From a virus: a DNA stretch of 64,000 nucleotides. Each line of letters starts with the position of its first letter. Positions within the stretch are counted from its first letter, which is position 1. The stretch lies in the IMG/VR virus record IMGVR_UViG_3300025141_010453, positions 1-64,000 of that record; one strand, written 5' to 3'. Made by a program: the position numbers and the translations under genes. The notes under the pieces were generated by a model that was not told the origin of the DNA, searched no databases, and saw only the letters and a program-made list of their open reading frames with translations. This document shows, in pieces, positions 47,532 to 57,221 of the stretch.

Positions 47532-48522
47532 AAGAATTATAGTACTAGGTGCGGGTGGTTTTATCGGGGGCCACCTATGTAATAAATTACAAAAAGAAGG
47601 CCATTGGGTTAGAGGTGTAGACATTAAAAGACATGAGTACTTTGATAAAGTAGGTGATGAATTTATTTTAGGTGACTTAACTGACCCTAAAGTTGTGGAG
47701 TTGGTAATCGAAGAAAATATAGATGAGGTATATCAGTTGGCAGCAGATATGGGGGGTGCTGGTTATATTTTTACTGGAGAAAATGATGCAAATGTTATGC
47801 ATAATTCTGCTTTAATAAATTTAAATGTGGCTTATGAGAGTGTGAAAAAGAGTGTTGGGAAGGTGTTCTACTCTTCTTCAGCGTGTATATACCCAGAATA
47901 TAACCAACTAGACCCAACTAACCCTAACTGTAGTGAAGATTCGGCTTATCCAGCTAATCCTGATTCTGAGTACGGCTGGGAGAAGTTATTTAGTGAAAGA
48001 CTGTACCTCTCTTTTATGAGAAATCATGGTTTAAATATTAGAATAGCCAGATTCCATAATATATTTGGGCCACAAGGTGCATGGACCAATGGGAAAGAAA
48101 AAGCCCCTGCAGCAATGTGTAGAAAAGTTTCTGACGCTCAAGAAGGAGACAGTATAGAAGTGTGGGGTGATGGTTTACAAACACGTTCTTTTCTTTATAT
48201 AGATGAATGTCTGGAAGCAGTGGATAGACTTATGAGGTCAGACTTTAGTGAACCTGTTAATATTGGTTCTGAAGAAATGATAAATATAAATGACTTTGCT
48301 CAATTGGTTATTAATATGTCTGGTAAAAATCTATCAATAAACAATATTTACGGACAAGAATTCATTAATAAGTATGGATTTGCGTGCCCACAAGGAGTAA
48401 GAGGTAGAAATTCTGACAACACATTTTATTACGAAAAAATTGGGTGGCGCGTATCTAGACCTTTAAATGAAGGAATGGAACAAACATACAAGTGGATTAA
48501 TTCTGTAAATAAAAAAGTTTAA
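47521..48522 (+). CDS. GDP-mannose 3,5-epimerase-like SDR
   Basis: GAGGFIG, LAADMGG.GYI, SSAC.YP, YGWEK, EKAPAAMCRK, WGDG.QTRSF. Confidence 0.85.
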   Translation: MKNKRIIVLGAGGFIGGHLCNKLQKEGHWVRGVDIKRHEYFDKVGDEFILGDLTDPKVVELVIEENIDEVYQLAADMGGAGYIFTGENDANVMHNSALINLNVAYESVKKSVGKVFYSSSACIYPEYNQLDPTNPNCSEDSAYPANPDSEYGWEKLFSERLYLSFMRNHGLNIRIARFHNIFGPQGAWTNGKEKAPAAMCRKVSDAQEGDSIEVWGDGLQTRSFLYIDECLEAVDRLMRSDFSEPVNIGSEEMININDFAQLVINMSGKNLSINNIYGQEFINKYGFACPQGVRGRNSDNTFYYEKIGWRVSRPLNEGMEQTYKWINSVNKKV

Positions 48523-49269
48523 ATGGGAAAGAGGAGTAAAAAGTTAAGTAGAGAAGAGCAAGCGGAAGTAGAAGAGTGGATTTATCAAAATAACACTGAA
48601 GAAACTAGAATGACGGACACTATGACTATTCGTGTTAAGTGTAAAACAGAAAATCAGAAATCGTTAGTTAACGCAATTAAAGAAAAAGAAGTTATCATAT
48701 GTTCAGGTCCGGCTGGTACCGGTAAAACATTTCTTGCTTGTGCAGAAGCATTAAAATTAATTAAACGGTTCGCTAAATATAGAAAAATTGTAATAGTAAA
48801 ATCGGTAACAACACTCAAAAACGAAGAAATTGGTTTTTTAAAAGGAAATTTACGTGAAAAAATGGAACCTTTTATGTTTTCTTTTGTACACAACTTTGAG
48901 AAGTTAGTTGGGCAGGCTATAACATCTAGATTAAGAGAGTTAAAAACTATCGAGGAAATACCTATAGCGTATATGCGAGGAATTAATTTAGATAGGTCAA
49001 TAATCATTGTGGATGAAGCACAAAATATATCTCAAGAAAATATGAGAACTATAATGACGCGATTAGGAAAAGATTCAAAAATGATATTTTTAGGAGATGA
49101 AAGACAACAAGATTCTAAAGGTAAAAATGGGTTGACCTTTTTGATGAACCACTTTGCTGATATAGAAGAAATAGGCTGTATACAATTTACCAAGGCAGAT
49201 GTTGTAAGAAACCCTTTAATAGCGAAGATAGAAAGAGTATTTGATTCTTTACAAAAAGTAAAACAATAA
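48523..49269 (+). CDS. phoH: PhoH-family ATPase
   Basis: GPAGTGKT, GFLKG, YMRG, VDEAQN, TRLG, GD..Q.D, VRNP. Confidence 0.9.
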   Translation: MGKRSKKLSREEQAEVEEWIYQNNTEETRMTDTMTIRVKCKTENQKSLVNAIKEKEVIICSGPAGTGKTFLACAEALKLIKRFAKYRKIVIVKSVTTLKNEEIGFLKGNLREKMEPFMFSFVHNFEKLVGQAITSRLRELKTIEEIPIAYMRGINLDRSIIIVDEAQNISQENMRTIMTRLGKDSKMIFLGDERQQDSKGKNGLTFLMNHFADIEEIGCIQFTKADVVRNPLIAKIERVFDSLQKVKQ

Positions 49270-49281
49270 TTAAATTTAGAT

Positions 49282-49854
49282 ATGGTAATTAGTATAAGTA
49301 TAAATGGTGTTATAAGAGATGTATTATCTAGGTTTGAGCATGTGTATGAAAAATATAATGGTAAAGAGGTACTTTCTCCAGTTATAACCCCTAATTTAAT
49401 GGAATACGTGGAATTTAAGGATGCTGAGGAATTATTAGAATTTTTATATGATGAAGCACCTATGGAAATATTTGGGCAGGCTAAAGAAATAGAAAATAAT
49501 ATAATTTCTTACCTTGGGGAACTTTACAAAGAAATGCCTAATAACTATATATTAAAAATAGTTAGTGACGACTTTGGAAAAGCGAAACCTGCAACCTTCT
49601 GGTTTTTAGCTAAATATGGGGTTGTATGTGATGAAATTATTTTCTACACCACAAAAACTATAAATACCCTTTGGGAAAACACTGATATCTTTATAACATC
49701 AGATAGTGATATTATAAAGTCTAAACCAAAAGATAAAAAATTGATAATCGTAGATAAATGTTATAATGAAAATATGGTTAGTGATTTGAGAATAAAAAGT
49801 ATAAAAGAAATAAAATCATTTGAGGATGCCTATAAAGAAAGTATTGTCGTCTAG
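49282..49854 (+). CDS. 5'(3')-deoxyribonucleotidase-like HAD (degenerate motif I)
   Basis: ISISINGVIRD, T.WFL, YN pattern. Confidence 0.45.
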   Translation: MVISISINGVIRDVLSRFEHVYEKYNGKEVLSPVITPNLMEYVEFKDAEELLEFLYDEAPMEIFGQAKEIENNIISYLGELYKEMPNNYILKIVSDDFGKAKPATFWFLAKYGVVCDEIIFYTTKTINTLWENTDIFITSDSDIIKSKPKDKKLIIVDKCYNENMVSDLRIKSIKEIKSFEDAYKESIVV

Positions 49855-50122
49855 TAATCTGAAACTCAAAGTAGGTTCAGAACATCTTTACTTTGATGTT
49901 GATGAATTTATGAACAATGTAGGAGTATTGTCTAAGGATAATAAGACTATGGAAATAAATCTGCCTAAATTTGAATTTTTTAAAGCTATGGTAGATACAA
50001 CATGTGGAATTGTAGAAGATATTGATGAGACTTTGGGGGTCGTTTCAATGAACAAGCTACCTCTATCTTACAAATTAGCTTTAAACACATTAATAAAATA
50101 TAATATAATTAAAAAACTATAA
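49820..50122 (+). CDS. Hypothetical protein (start uncertain)
   Basis: Operonic ORF ending LALNTLIKYNII. Confidence 0.55.
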   Translation: MRMPIKKVLSSSNLKLKVGSEHLYFDVDEFMNNVGVLSKDNKTMEINLPKFEFFKAMVDTTCGIVEDIDETLGVVSMNKLPLSYKLALNTLIKYNIIKKL

Positions 50123-50124
50123 TT

Positions 50125-51192
50125 ATGGAGACGGAAAAACAATTATCCCAGTTAAAAGCTGGATTAAATAAAATGGAAAATAAAGAAGCTAAAATTTATT
50201 TTTTAACTCAAGATACTGAAGGTCGTGCAATTGCTTCAGTAAATTTAAATTATCAATATGTAAAATATCTAAATGAAGCGGGCTACAACGCTTATATTCT
50301 TTATGAGAAAAAAGATTATAAGGGTGTTGGTGACTGGTTATCTAACGAATATGTTAATTTACCTCATGCAAATATAGAGGATGGTGAATTAAAAGTTGGG
50401 CCACAAGATTTTGTGGTGATACCTGAACTATATAGTCATGTATTGGAACAGATAAAGGATATGCCTTGTTCTAAAATAATCCTATGTCAAGCATATGATT
50501 ATATTTTAGAAACTTTACCTCCGGGGTTTGGGTGGATTAATTATGGGATTAGAAAATGTATTACTACTACAGAATCACAAAAAGAATATATTAAAAACCT
50601 ATTTCCCAATATAGAAACTACTATAATACAGCCTTCTTTCCCGGACTATTTTAAGCCCACAAAAAAACCTAAAAATCCAATGGTTGCTATACATACTAGA
50701 GACCCTAGAAACACTATGAAAATAATTAAAGAATTTTATATAAAAAATCCACAATTTAAATGGATTACATTCCGAGATATGAGAAATATGAGTAGAGAAG
50801 AATTTGCTAAAATATTGAGTGAATCATGTGTGTCTGTTTGGGTAGATAGAATTAGTGGTTTTGGAACATTCCCTATGGAATCTATGTTATGTAAAACACC
50901 TGTAATCGGGTCCCTCCCAATACTAAAGCCTGATTGGTTAACTCAAGATAATGGGTTATGGACAATGGATGAATCTAAACTAGTTGAAGTTTTGGGTAAC
51001 TATATTAAAACTTGGTTGGAGGGAAGTGTTCCCGTTGAGTTATACGCTAAGATGGAAGAAACGGTTAGTGTATTTTCTGAAGATAAGGAACGTGATTCAT
51101 TAGTTTCTTACTTTAAAACTTTATTTGATGAAAAAACACAGGAATTTAAAAATTCCATAAATAAACTAACACCTGTTGGTGCAAACGCTTAA
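50125..51192 (+). CDS. Glycosyltransferase (GT-B-like)
   Basis: D.VVIPE, GFGTFPMESM. Confidence 0.65.
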   Translation: METEKQLSQLKAGLNKMENKEAKIYFLTQDTEGRAIASVNLNYQYVKYLNEAGYNAYILYEKKDYKGVGDWLSNEYVNLPHANIEDGELKVGPQDFVVIPELYSHVLEQIKDMPCSKIILCQAYDYILETLPPGFGWINYGIRKCITTTESQKEYIKNLFPNIETTIIQPSFPDYFKPTKKPKNPMVAIHTRDPRNTMKIIKEFYIKNPQFKWITFRDMRNMSREEFAKILSESCVSVWVDRISGFGTFPMESMLCKTPVIGSLPILKPDWLTQDNGLWTMDESKLVEVLGNYIKTWLEGSVPVELYAKMEETVSVFSEDKERDSLVSYFKTLFDEKTQEFKNSINKLTPVGANA

Positions 51193-51196
51193 AATT

Positions 51197-51994
51197 ATGA
51201 ATAATACAGATATAACAGTTATATTACCTATACATGATGTGTCCGGTAAATTTAATGAATGGTTTCCTAAAGCCATTAAAAGTTTAGAACAATCTCAAGT
51301 AAAGCCCGGTAACTTACTATTAATATGTGCTGAGAATAAAGATAATAAAAATTTTATGGAATCTTGGGTCGCTCCTGAGGGCATTTCTACTAAAATTTTA
51401 TATAATGATGGTGAAAGTGATTATTGTAGCCAAATTAATTTTGGTGTTACCAATACTGAAACAGAATTTTTCTCTATATTAGAATATGATGATGAATATT
51501 CTAATATTTGGTTTAAACAATTTAATGAGTATGTTGCCTACTATGATGAGGTGGATTTATTTTTTCCTTTAGTAGTAGATACAGATGAGAATGGTCAATT
51601 TATTGGTTTTACCAATGAAGCGTTATGGGCTATGGGTTTTTCTGAAGATTTGGGTTATTTAGATAATAATACTTTATTAAAGTATCAAAATTTTCAAGTT
51701 AGTGGAATGATTATGAGAAAAAGTAAATTCGAGGAAGTTGGTGCCCTAAAACCATCTGTGAAATTAACTTTTAATTACGAGTTTTTACTTCGTGCTACTT
51801 ATAACGATACTATTATTATGACCATACCAAAAGTTGGCTATAAACATACCAATCAAAGAACTAATTCTTTATTCTGGGAATACAAATTTAATAAAGATAA
51901 ACAGTTAAGTCCCGACGAAGCTAAATTCTGGGTTGATTTGGCAAAGAAAGAATACTTTTTTACTACCGATAGAAAAGTACAATATGATGGATAA
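51197..51994 (+). CDS. Glycosyltransferase family 2-like
   Basis: ITVILP, N.GV, ILEYDD, EFLLR; start reassigned to 51197. Confidence 0.7.
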   Translation: MNNTDITVILPIHDVSGKFNEWFPKAIKSLEQSQVKPGNLLLICAENKDNKNFMESWVAPEGISTKILYNDGESDYCSQINFGVTNTETEFFSILEYDDEYSNIWFKQFNEYVAYYDEVDLFFPLVVDTDENGQFIGFTNEALWAMGFSEDLGYLDNNTLLKYQNFQVSGMIMRKSKFEEVGALKPSVKLTFNYEFLLRATYNDTIIMTIPKVGYKHTNQRTNSLFWEYKFNKDKQLSPDEAKFWVDLAKKEYFFTTDRKVQYDG

Positions 51995-52698
51995 TGGGCC
52001 GAAAACCATTAAATAAACAATATTTTGGTCCTCCACAAGAAGAAGCTGTAAGAGTATTTTTAACTGCAACTACGTGGGACGAAAAAAATACTGTTTACAA
52101 TACCTTTTTACGTGACCCCCTAACAAAAATGATTGATAGTATCATTAGACGTTACCGCTTGTATCGACCAAATATGGAGTTTCGAGAGATGCATGTAGAT
52201 ACCTTATCATTTTTAGTAACTAAAATGGAAAAATTTAAACCCGCTAAAGGTAAAAAAGCTTATTCGTACTTTGGTACCATCTGTAAAAACTATCTTATGG
52301 GTCAGATTATGAAAGACAATAGAGATAGAAATAGAAAAATCTCTTATGAAGATATATCTCATCATCTCGAACAACGTGAAGATATGAGTTATACTATGTT
52401 CAATGATGATGAGTTACCATTAGAGGGAATAATTATTAAACTTGTGTCTGAAATAAAAGGATTTATTTCTAATAATAGATTAAGTATTAACGAAGAAAAG
52501 GTTGGGTACTGTTTAATCGATGTGTTTGATAATTATAAAACTATCTTTATAGCGGGAAAAGGTAATAAATTTAATAAGAATATCATTTTATACCAATTAC
52601 GTGAAATGAGTGGTCTCACTACTAAAGAGATTAGGTCCGCTTTAAAACCTTATAAAAACATTTATCAAGATATTCTAGTTTCTCTAGTAAATAAGTAA
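51994..52698 (+). CDS. Phage late-transcription sigma factor (T4 gp55-like)
   Basis: KFKPAKGKKAYSYFGTICKNYL resembles the gp55 region-2 segment FD.EK..NPFAYFT.I. Confidence 0.65.
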   Translation: MGRKPLNKQYFGPPQEEAVRVFLTATTWDEKNTVYNTFLRDPLTKMIDSIIRRYRLYRPNMEFREMHVDTLSFLVTKMEKFKPAKGKKAYSYFGTICKNYLMGQIMKDNRDRNRKISYEDISHHLEQREDMSYTMFNDDELPLEGIIIKLVSEIKGFISNNRLSINEEKVGYCLIDVFDNYKTIFIAGKGNKFNKNIILYQLREMSGLTTKEIRSALKPYKNIYQDILVSLVNK

Positions 52699-52703
52699 TT
52701 AGA

Positions 52704-52711
52704 TATTTATA
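52704..52711 (+). promoter_or_regulatory. Putative late promoter TATTTATA
   Basis: 3 nt upstream of ATG 52715. Confidence 0.6.
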
Positions 52712-52714
52712 GGT

Positions 52715-53092
52715 ATGCCTAGACCTAAAAGAAAACAAATAAAATTAACCCACGAAAGTGCTGTTTCTCTTATGCAAGAAATATATAATGAATGCGTAGA
52801 GCAACGTACTACCGCTATCCGTATACAAAATAAAATGATTGGCTTTATGCACGAAGCTGCGGATATGGCTTTAATAGGGCCTGTTTTAAAAGAACAACAA
52901 AAAATAATAGATTCCTCTATAGATAAAAAATTACAATTATCTAAACTCCTAGCTACTATAGTTTCTAAAAATTTAGAAAATTCTCAAATGGGTACCATAT
53001 TAGGAGAGGATATTAAAGAGTCTATAAATGAATTATTGCATAAATCTGCAGAAGACGATTCTAATGATACCAATATAAAATATAAAATGTAA
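52715..53092 (+). CDS. Hypothetical helical late protein
   Basis: Late promoter; coiled-coil character. Confidence 0.55.
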   Translation: MPRPKRKQIKLTHESAVSLMQEIYNECVEQRTTAIRIQNKMIGFMHEAADMALIGPVLKEQQKIIDSSIDKKLQLSKLLATIVSKNLENSQMGTILGEDIKESINELLHKSAEDDSNDTNIKYKM

Positions 53093-55203
53093 TGTCTGAG
53101 TCAATACAGGTCCAAAAAGATATATTTGGTCAAATTCAAGGTCTTTTAGCTTTCTTAGATACTACAGAAGAAAAGAAAAATAGAGAGAATTTAGAAGCCT
53201 GGAAAAATACTCTGGAATCATTAAGAGAAATTACCAGTAATCCGTTGCCTTTTCTTTTAGAATTACTTAAAGTATTAAAACAAAAAAAATCTAATGAAAA
53301 AAAGGGAGCCAAAGCAAAAAAAATGCGTGCGGCAAAACGTAAAAAAAGACGTGGACAAAAAAATAAAACTGAAGATGGAAAATATAAGGAAACTAAAAAA
53401 TCTTTTGCTGAAAAATTTCATTTAGATGTATCTGCAGATGTTTGGTTAAGAGTTCTTAATCAAATTATTAAAGAATCCATTATAGCTACTATCCCTAAAA
53501 TTGATGATATCCTTTTCGAAGAAATAATTGCTGCTTTTAATTGTGATTTATCTATGTTGGTACCTGTAGCTGGGGATGGATTAAATGGCCCAATAGTTAT
53601 TAATATTTCTGCAGTAGACCAACTAAAGCAATTATTTAACGACCCTGGTAGTCCTGTTGGGAGGTATATGTACGAACAATTCGGATTACAGGGTACTTCT
53701 TACCCACCTGGTCCTACCTCATACCCAGTTAATAGATTTTTAAGAGATATCACCTTTAATAATGGTGCACTTGTCAATCCTGGAGCACCCTCAAATAGAC
53801 AAACAATATATGGAAGAAGTGGAAGGGCTTTATTTGATATTCAAGCCGCGAGTAACCAATTTACTATATGGCCGTATTATAAAGTGGATTTGATTACCCC
53901 AAATGCACAAACTCCTGGTTCCGCTCCTGCAGCTGGTGTTCCTGGTGCGACAAAATTTACATTTGTAGAATTCTTAAAAGATTATTTTGGTAATGTTCGT
54001 CTTATAGAGATACAAAATTTCTTAGGTGCCTTAATGGAAATTCTTACTGGTTTTATGAGTGTAAGAAATAAGAACTTTAGTATTGAAAACCTGTTGGGTC
54101 TACAAAAATTAATGGCTTCAATAAATAAGATGTTAGAATCTTGTGATGGTATGGATATGCATACCTCTACAGATGCGGTAGATAAATTATCCGAACTTTA
54201 TGATGATGATAGTTTCTTTGAGTTTACCGCGGAAGAGATGAGAAATATAGAAATTGAAACTCAAAAGAAATCAGAAAATGTTATTAGTTTACTTAGTTGT
54301 GGTGTTGTAGATGTTCCAGTAGATAATGAATTATTAGATGAAGGATGTGACGCTATTTTAGCAACATTTAACAAAGATGAACAGTTGAAACGATTTGATT
54401 TGGTGTTACAGCAATTTGCAAGTACGTCAGCTAAAAAACATGGATTTGAAATAGATTTGGGTACTATATCGTTACCAGCAGAAATAGATTTTAAAGAAAA
54501 TTTAATAAAAAAGTTGCCTCAAATTTTAGTATATTCCATTTTAAATCCAAAAGCAGTATTACCAATTGTATTAACAGCTCAACTATTAAATCAAAATGGT
54601 ACTATACCAACAGGAGTTGATATGTTTGCTAGAATATTTAAACGAGTAATCATACGAGTAGTTAAAGCTTTCTTAGCAGAAGTAGCTAGAAGAATTTTAG
54701 CTTTAGTTAAAGAAATATTATTAAGATATCTAAAAGAGTTGATTAAACGAAAGTTAGATGAAATGAATAAAAAGAAAATTCGTATGATTAAAAAATTAAT
54801 CGATATATTATTTCCTTTAATCATAGCATTACAAGAAGCAACAAGTTGTAAAGAAATATATAATATATTATTGGCGGCATTGGCTGCTAATATGCCAGAT
54901 ATTCCTTTTGGTGTTCCACCATTTTTAGTTTCTGCAGCTAGACTGAGACCTGGCACAAGTTCTTTAGGTGCCTTTGAAAAGCTCATCGATAAACTTCAAT
55001 CCCAAGGCATACCTATAGGCGATATGCCAGATGGGTCACCTAATCTTTTCATGTTATCGCAGTTTGCTTTAATACAGTCTATGGATGAAGAGAGAACAGA
55101 TAATGGTGCAGCTCAAGGAGTTATAATGAATGGGCAAGTAATAAATGCAGTTGGGGGTGGATTAATTAAACCGTTCACTAGGACAGATAGTATTTTAAAA
55201 TAA
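53092..55203 (+). CDS. Large hypothetical late/structural protein
   Basis: 703-aa ORF in a late operon upstream of the spike gene. Confidence 0.55.
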   Translation: MSESIQVQKDIFGQIQGLLAFLDTTEEKKNRENLEAWKNTLESLREITSNPLPFLLELLKVLKQKKSNEKKGAKAKKMRAAKRKKRRGQKNKTEDGKYKETKKSFAEKFHLDVSADVWLRVLNQIIKESIIATIPKIDDILFEEIIAAFNCDLSMLVPVAGDGLNGPIVINISAVDQLKQLFNDPGSPVGRYMYEQFGLQGTSYPPGPTSYPVNRFLRDITFNNGALVNPGAPSNRQTIYGRSGRALFDIQAASNQFTIWPYYKVDLITPNAQTPGSAPAAGVPGATKFTFVEFLKDYFGNVRLIEIQNFLGALMEILTGFMSVRNKNFSIENLLGLQKLMASINKMLESCDGMDMHTSTDAVDKLSELYDDDSFFEFTAEEMRNIEIETQKKSENVISLLSCGVVDVPVDNELLDEGCDAILATFNKDEQLKRFDLVLQQFASTSAKKHGFEIDLGTISLPAEIDFKENLIKKLPQILVYSILNPKAVLPIVLTAQLLNQNGTIPTGVDMFARIFKRVIIRVVKAFLAEVARRILALVKEILLRYLKELIKRKLDEMNKKKIRMIKKLIDILFPLIIALQEATSCKEIYNILLAALAANMPDIPFGVPPFLVSAARLRPGTSSLGAFEKLIDKLQSQGIPIGDMPDGSPNLFMLSQFALIQSMDEERTDNGAAQGVIMNGQVINAVGGGLIKPFTRTDSILK

Positions 55204-55207
55204 AATT

Positions 55208-55390
55208 ATGAGTGAATTTTTTAAAGAATATAAAGAAAAATCTAATGATGAAATTCTAGATGTTATGCAAACTCTTAAAGAGGAATTTGAAAAAACAAAA
55301 TTACTTATTGTAGAATTAAGTTATCATATAGAAACTACGGAGCGTAAATTTAACCTCTTAAACGATGAAATGAAAAAAAGAAAGGGCTAA
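55208..55390 (+). CDS. Small coiled-coil protein
   Basis: 60-aa operonic ORF. Confidence 0.55.
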   Translation: MSEFFKEYKEKSNDEILDVMQTLKEEFEKTKLLIVELSYHIETTERKFNLLNDEMKKRKG

Positions 55391-55392
55391 AT

Positions 55393-57198
55393 ATGAACGA
55401 CGACAAACTTCTAAATATAATTAGACGTAAATTAATTACTTATGGTACCTGTGTAAATAATTCTGACCCTATGAGAGCGGGGAGAATAAGAGCGATACTA
55501 CCAGAAGGTGAAAATACAGCCCAAACAAAATGTGATGACCCAAAAGAATGTATTAAACTTTATGATAAATTAGCGGCTAAGGGAGAACTAATAATTGGTG
55601 GTTCTGCTCTTTCTTATACACCGTGGATGGATGATGACCCTTATACCTTTTCATCATTTTTACCTCTAGCAATTAATGTAATACCTAAAGTAGGTGAAGC
55701 TGTAAAATTAATATCTTGGGAAACACAAAAAAATCTTAATTTAGAATATATAGGTCCTATGATTTCTCAACCAGGAAGTATAGAATTAGATAGCTACCAT
55801 AGTGGGATAATTCATACAGCTGCTGGAGTAGGTAATAAACCACTACCTCCATATGCTGTCCCCATTGGTGACCCTAAAATAAATCCTGTAAGTATTCCGC
55901 TTGAAGAAAGTAAGGGTAGTTTTATACACCCAGATGATATAGGCTTATATGGTAGAAATAATACTGATATTATTCTAGGGATGGCGGAAAATTCTATTAT
56001 AGACGAAAGTACTGAGGATGTAGAAGAATCATACCCACAAATCATAATTCGTTCTGGCAAATTAATTAAAAACCCTGTTGCTAGTTCAAAACCAACTAAA
56101 AATTTAAGACCAACATTTATCCAATTAAGTACTTTTCCACAGACTCTTACTAGGATAGAAGAAGAAGAACCAGAAACAACTACTGAAGATTTACCTATAA
56201 GTACCCTTATTGAATACTCAATGGATAGAGGTGCTCTATGTGCACAGCCTACCGTATTCACTGGTGCTGTAAAAGTGTGGAAAATGCCTCCTGTAAATAG
56301 TGATAGTGGAGGAGCTGGAGGTAATGGCGGTGGTTGTATGAGTATGCGAATGACTAATGAACGACCTGTAGGTACTCTAGCGGGCAGTACAGGGCCAACT
56401 GATAAACAATGGGCAATGACTATAACATTTACTAGTGCTCCTAGTATTGAAGAGATTGGTAGAGAAATAAATGCTTTACTTAATGATGTTGATAAGGAAC
56501 AGTGGAGTAACGTAATAAAACAACCTTCAGCAAGTTGGGCTAAGAAAACATTTTCTAGTAGTGTTGATTTAAATAACCAAAATAATGTTGGGGCCTTTTT
56601 GGGGAATACTCATCCTCTCTTTTTTAGACCTGATGCTCCCTTACTACAGACAATGGATAAAGGACAACCTAATATATGGCCTGGACCTGCTACATTTATA
56701 ACTGTGAAAGGTATAGTAAAACCTCTGCAAGATATGGTAGGTTTAGATGGCGTAAAAACAAAAAAAGGTGGTTTAGCTTTTGAAGGACCGAATGGTAGTC
56801 GAGAGGTTAAGAAAGAAACTAAAATGGTGAAGGTAATGAACCCGGGACCACCCAAACTAGAACAAGAAGGTATTATTACTGCAGCAGCAGAAAAAATATA
56901 TTTATTTTCTTATAATACTACCGATTTAAATGGTGCTATAACACTAACATCAAACTACGGTATACCTCAAGCAAAATTTATAGATGATATAGAAAAAAAA
57001 ACCAATTCAGTCGTCCGTGGAGAAAGGCTTCTAGAACTTCTAAAAAAAATGGCTAATTTCCAAGCTAACCATACCCATTCTTGTCCTGGGGTTGCATCAT
57101 GCCCTACAGCTCATGATGGCACCACTACATCAGATATAGATAAATTAATCAAAGAAGCTGAAGAAACTATCCTTAATAAAAATATACGGATTAACTAG
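55393..57198 (+). CDS. Baseplate central spike / hub protein (gp5/gpV-like)
   Basis: N-terminal OB fold (DP..AGRIRA, P.VGE.V); C-terminal GE.L..LL and HTH metal-binding tip. Confidence 0.65.
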   Translation: MNDDKLLNIIRRKLITYGTCVNNSDPMRAGRIRAILPEGENTAQTKCDDPKECIKLYDKLAAKGELIIGGSALSYTPWMDDDPYTFSSFLPLAINVIPKVGEAVKLISWETQKNLNLEYIGPMISQPGSIELDSYHSGIIHTAAGVGNKPLPPYAVPIGDPKINPVSIPLEESKGSFIHPDDIGLYGRNNTDIILGMAENSIIDESTEDVEESYPQIIIRSGKLIKNPVASSKPTKNLRPTFIQLSTFPQTLTRIEEEEPETTTEDLPISTLIEYSMDRGALCAQPTVFTGAVKVWKMPPVNSDSGGAGGNGGGCMSMRMTNERPVGTLAGSTGPTDKQWAMTITFTSAPSIEEIGREINALLNDVDKEQWSNVIKQPSASWAKKTFSSSVDLNNQNNVGAFLGNTHPLFFRPDAPLLQTMDKGQPNIWPGPATFITVKGIVKPLQDMVGLDGVKTKKGGLAFEGPNGSREVKKETKMVKVMNPGPPKLEQEGIITAAAEKIYLFSYNTTDLNGAITLTSNYGIPQAKFIDDIEKKTNSVVRGERLLELLKKMANFQANHTHSCPGVASCPTAHDGTTTSDIDKLIKEAEETILNKNIRIN

Positions 57199-57199
57199 A

Positions 57200-57207
57200 T
57201 ATTTATA
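57200..57207 (+). promoter_or_regulatory. Putative late promoter TATTTATA
   Basis: 14 nt upstream of ATG 57222. Confidence 0.65.
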
Positions 57208-57221
57208 GTAAAACTAATATA

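Noticed and set aside
25745-51994. Island as a bacterial LPS/capsule locus (chimeric contig or prophage boundary)
   Set aside because: No export, polymerase or initiating transferase genes; interleaved with phage-type dut, phoH and late sigma; seamless junctions with virion genes
52715-53092. Small terminase assignment
   Set aside because: Only general helical similarity; no diagnostic motif and no adjacent large terminase
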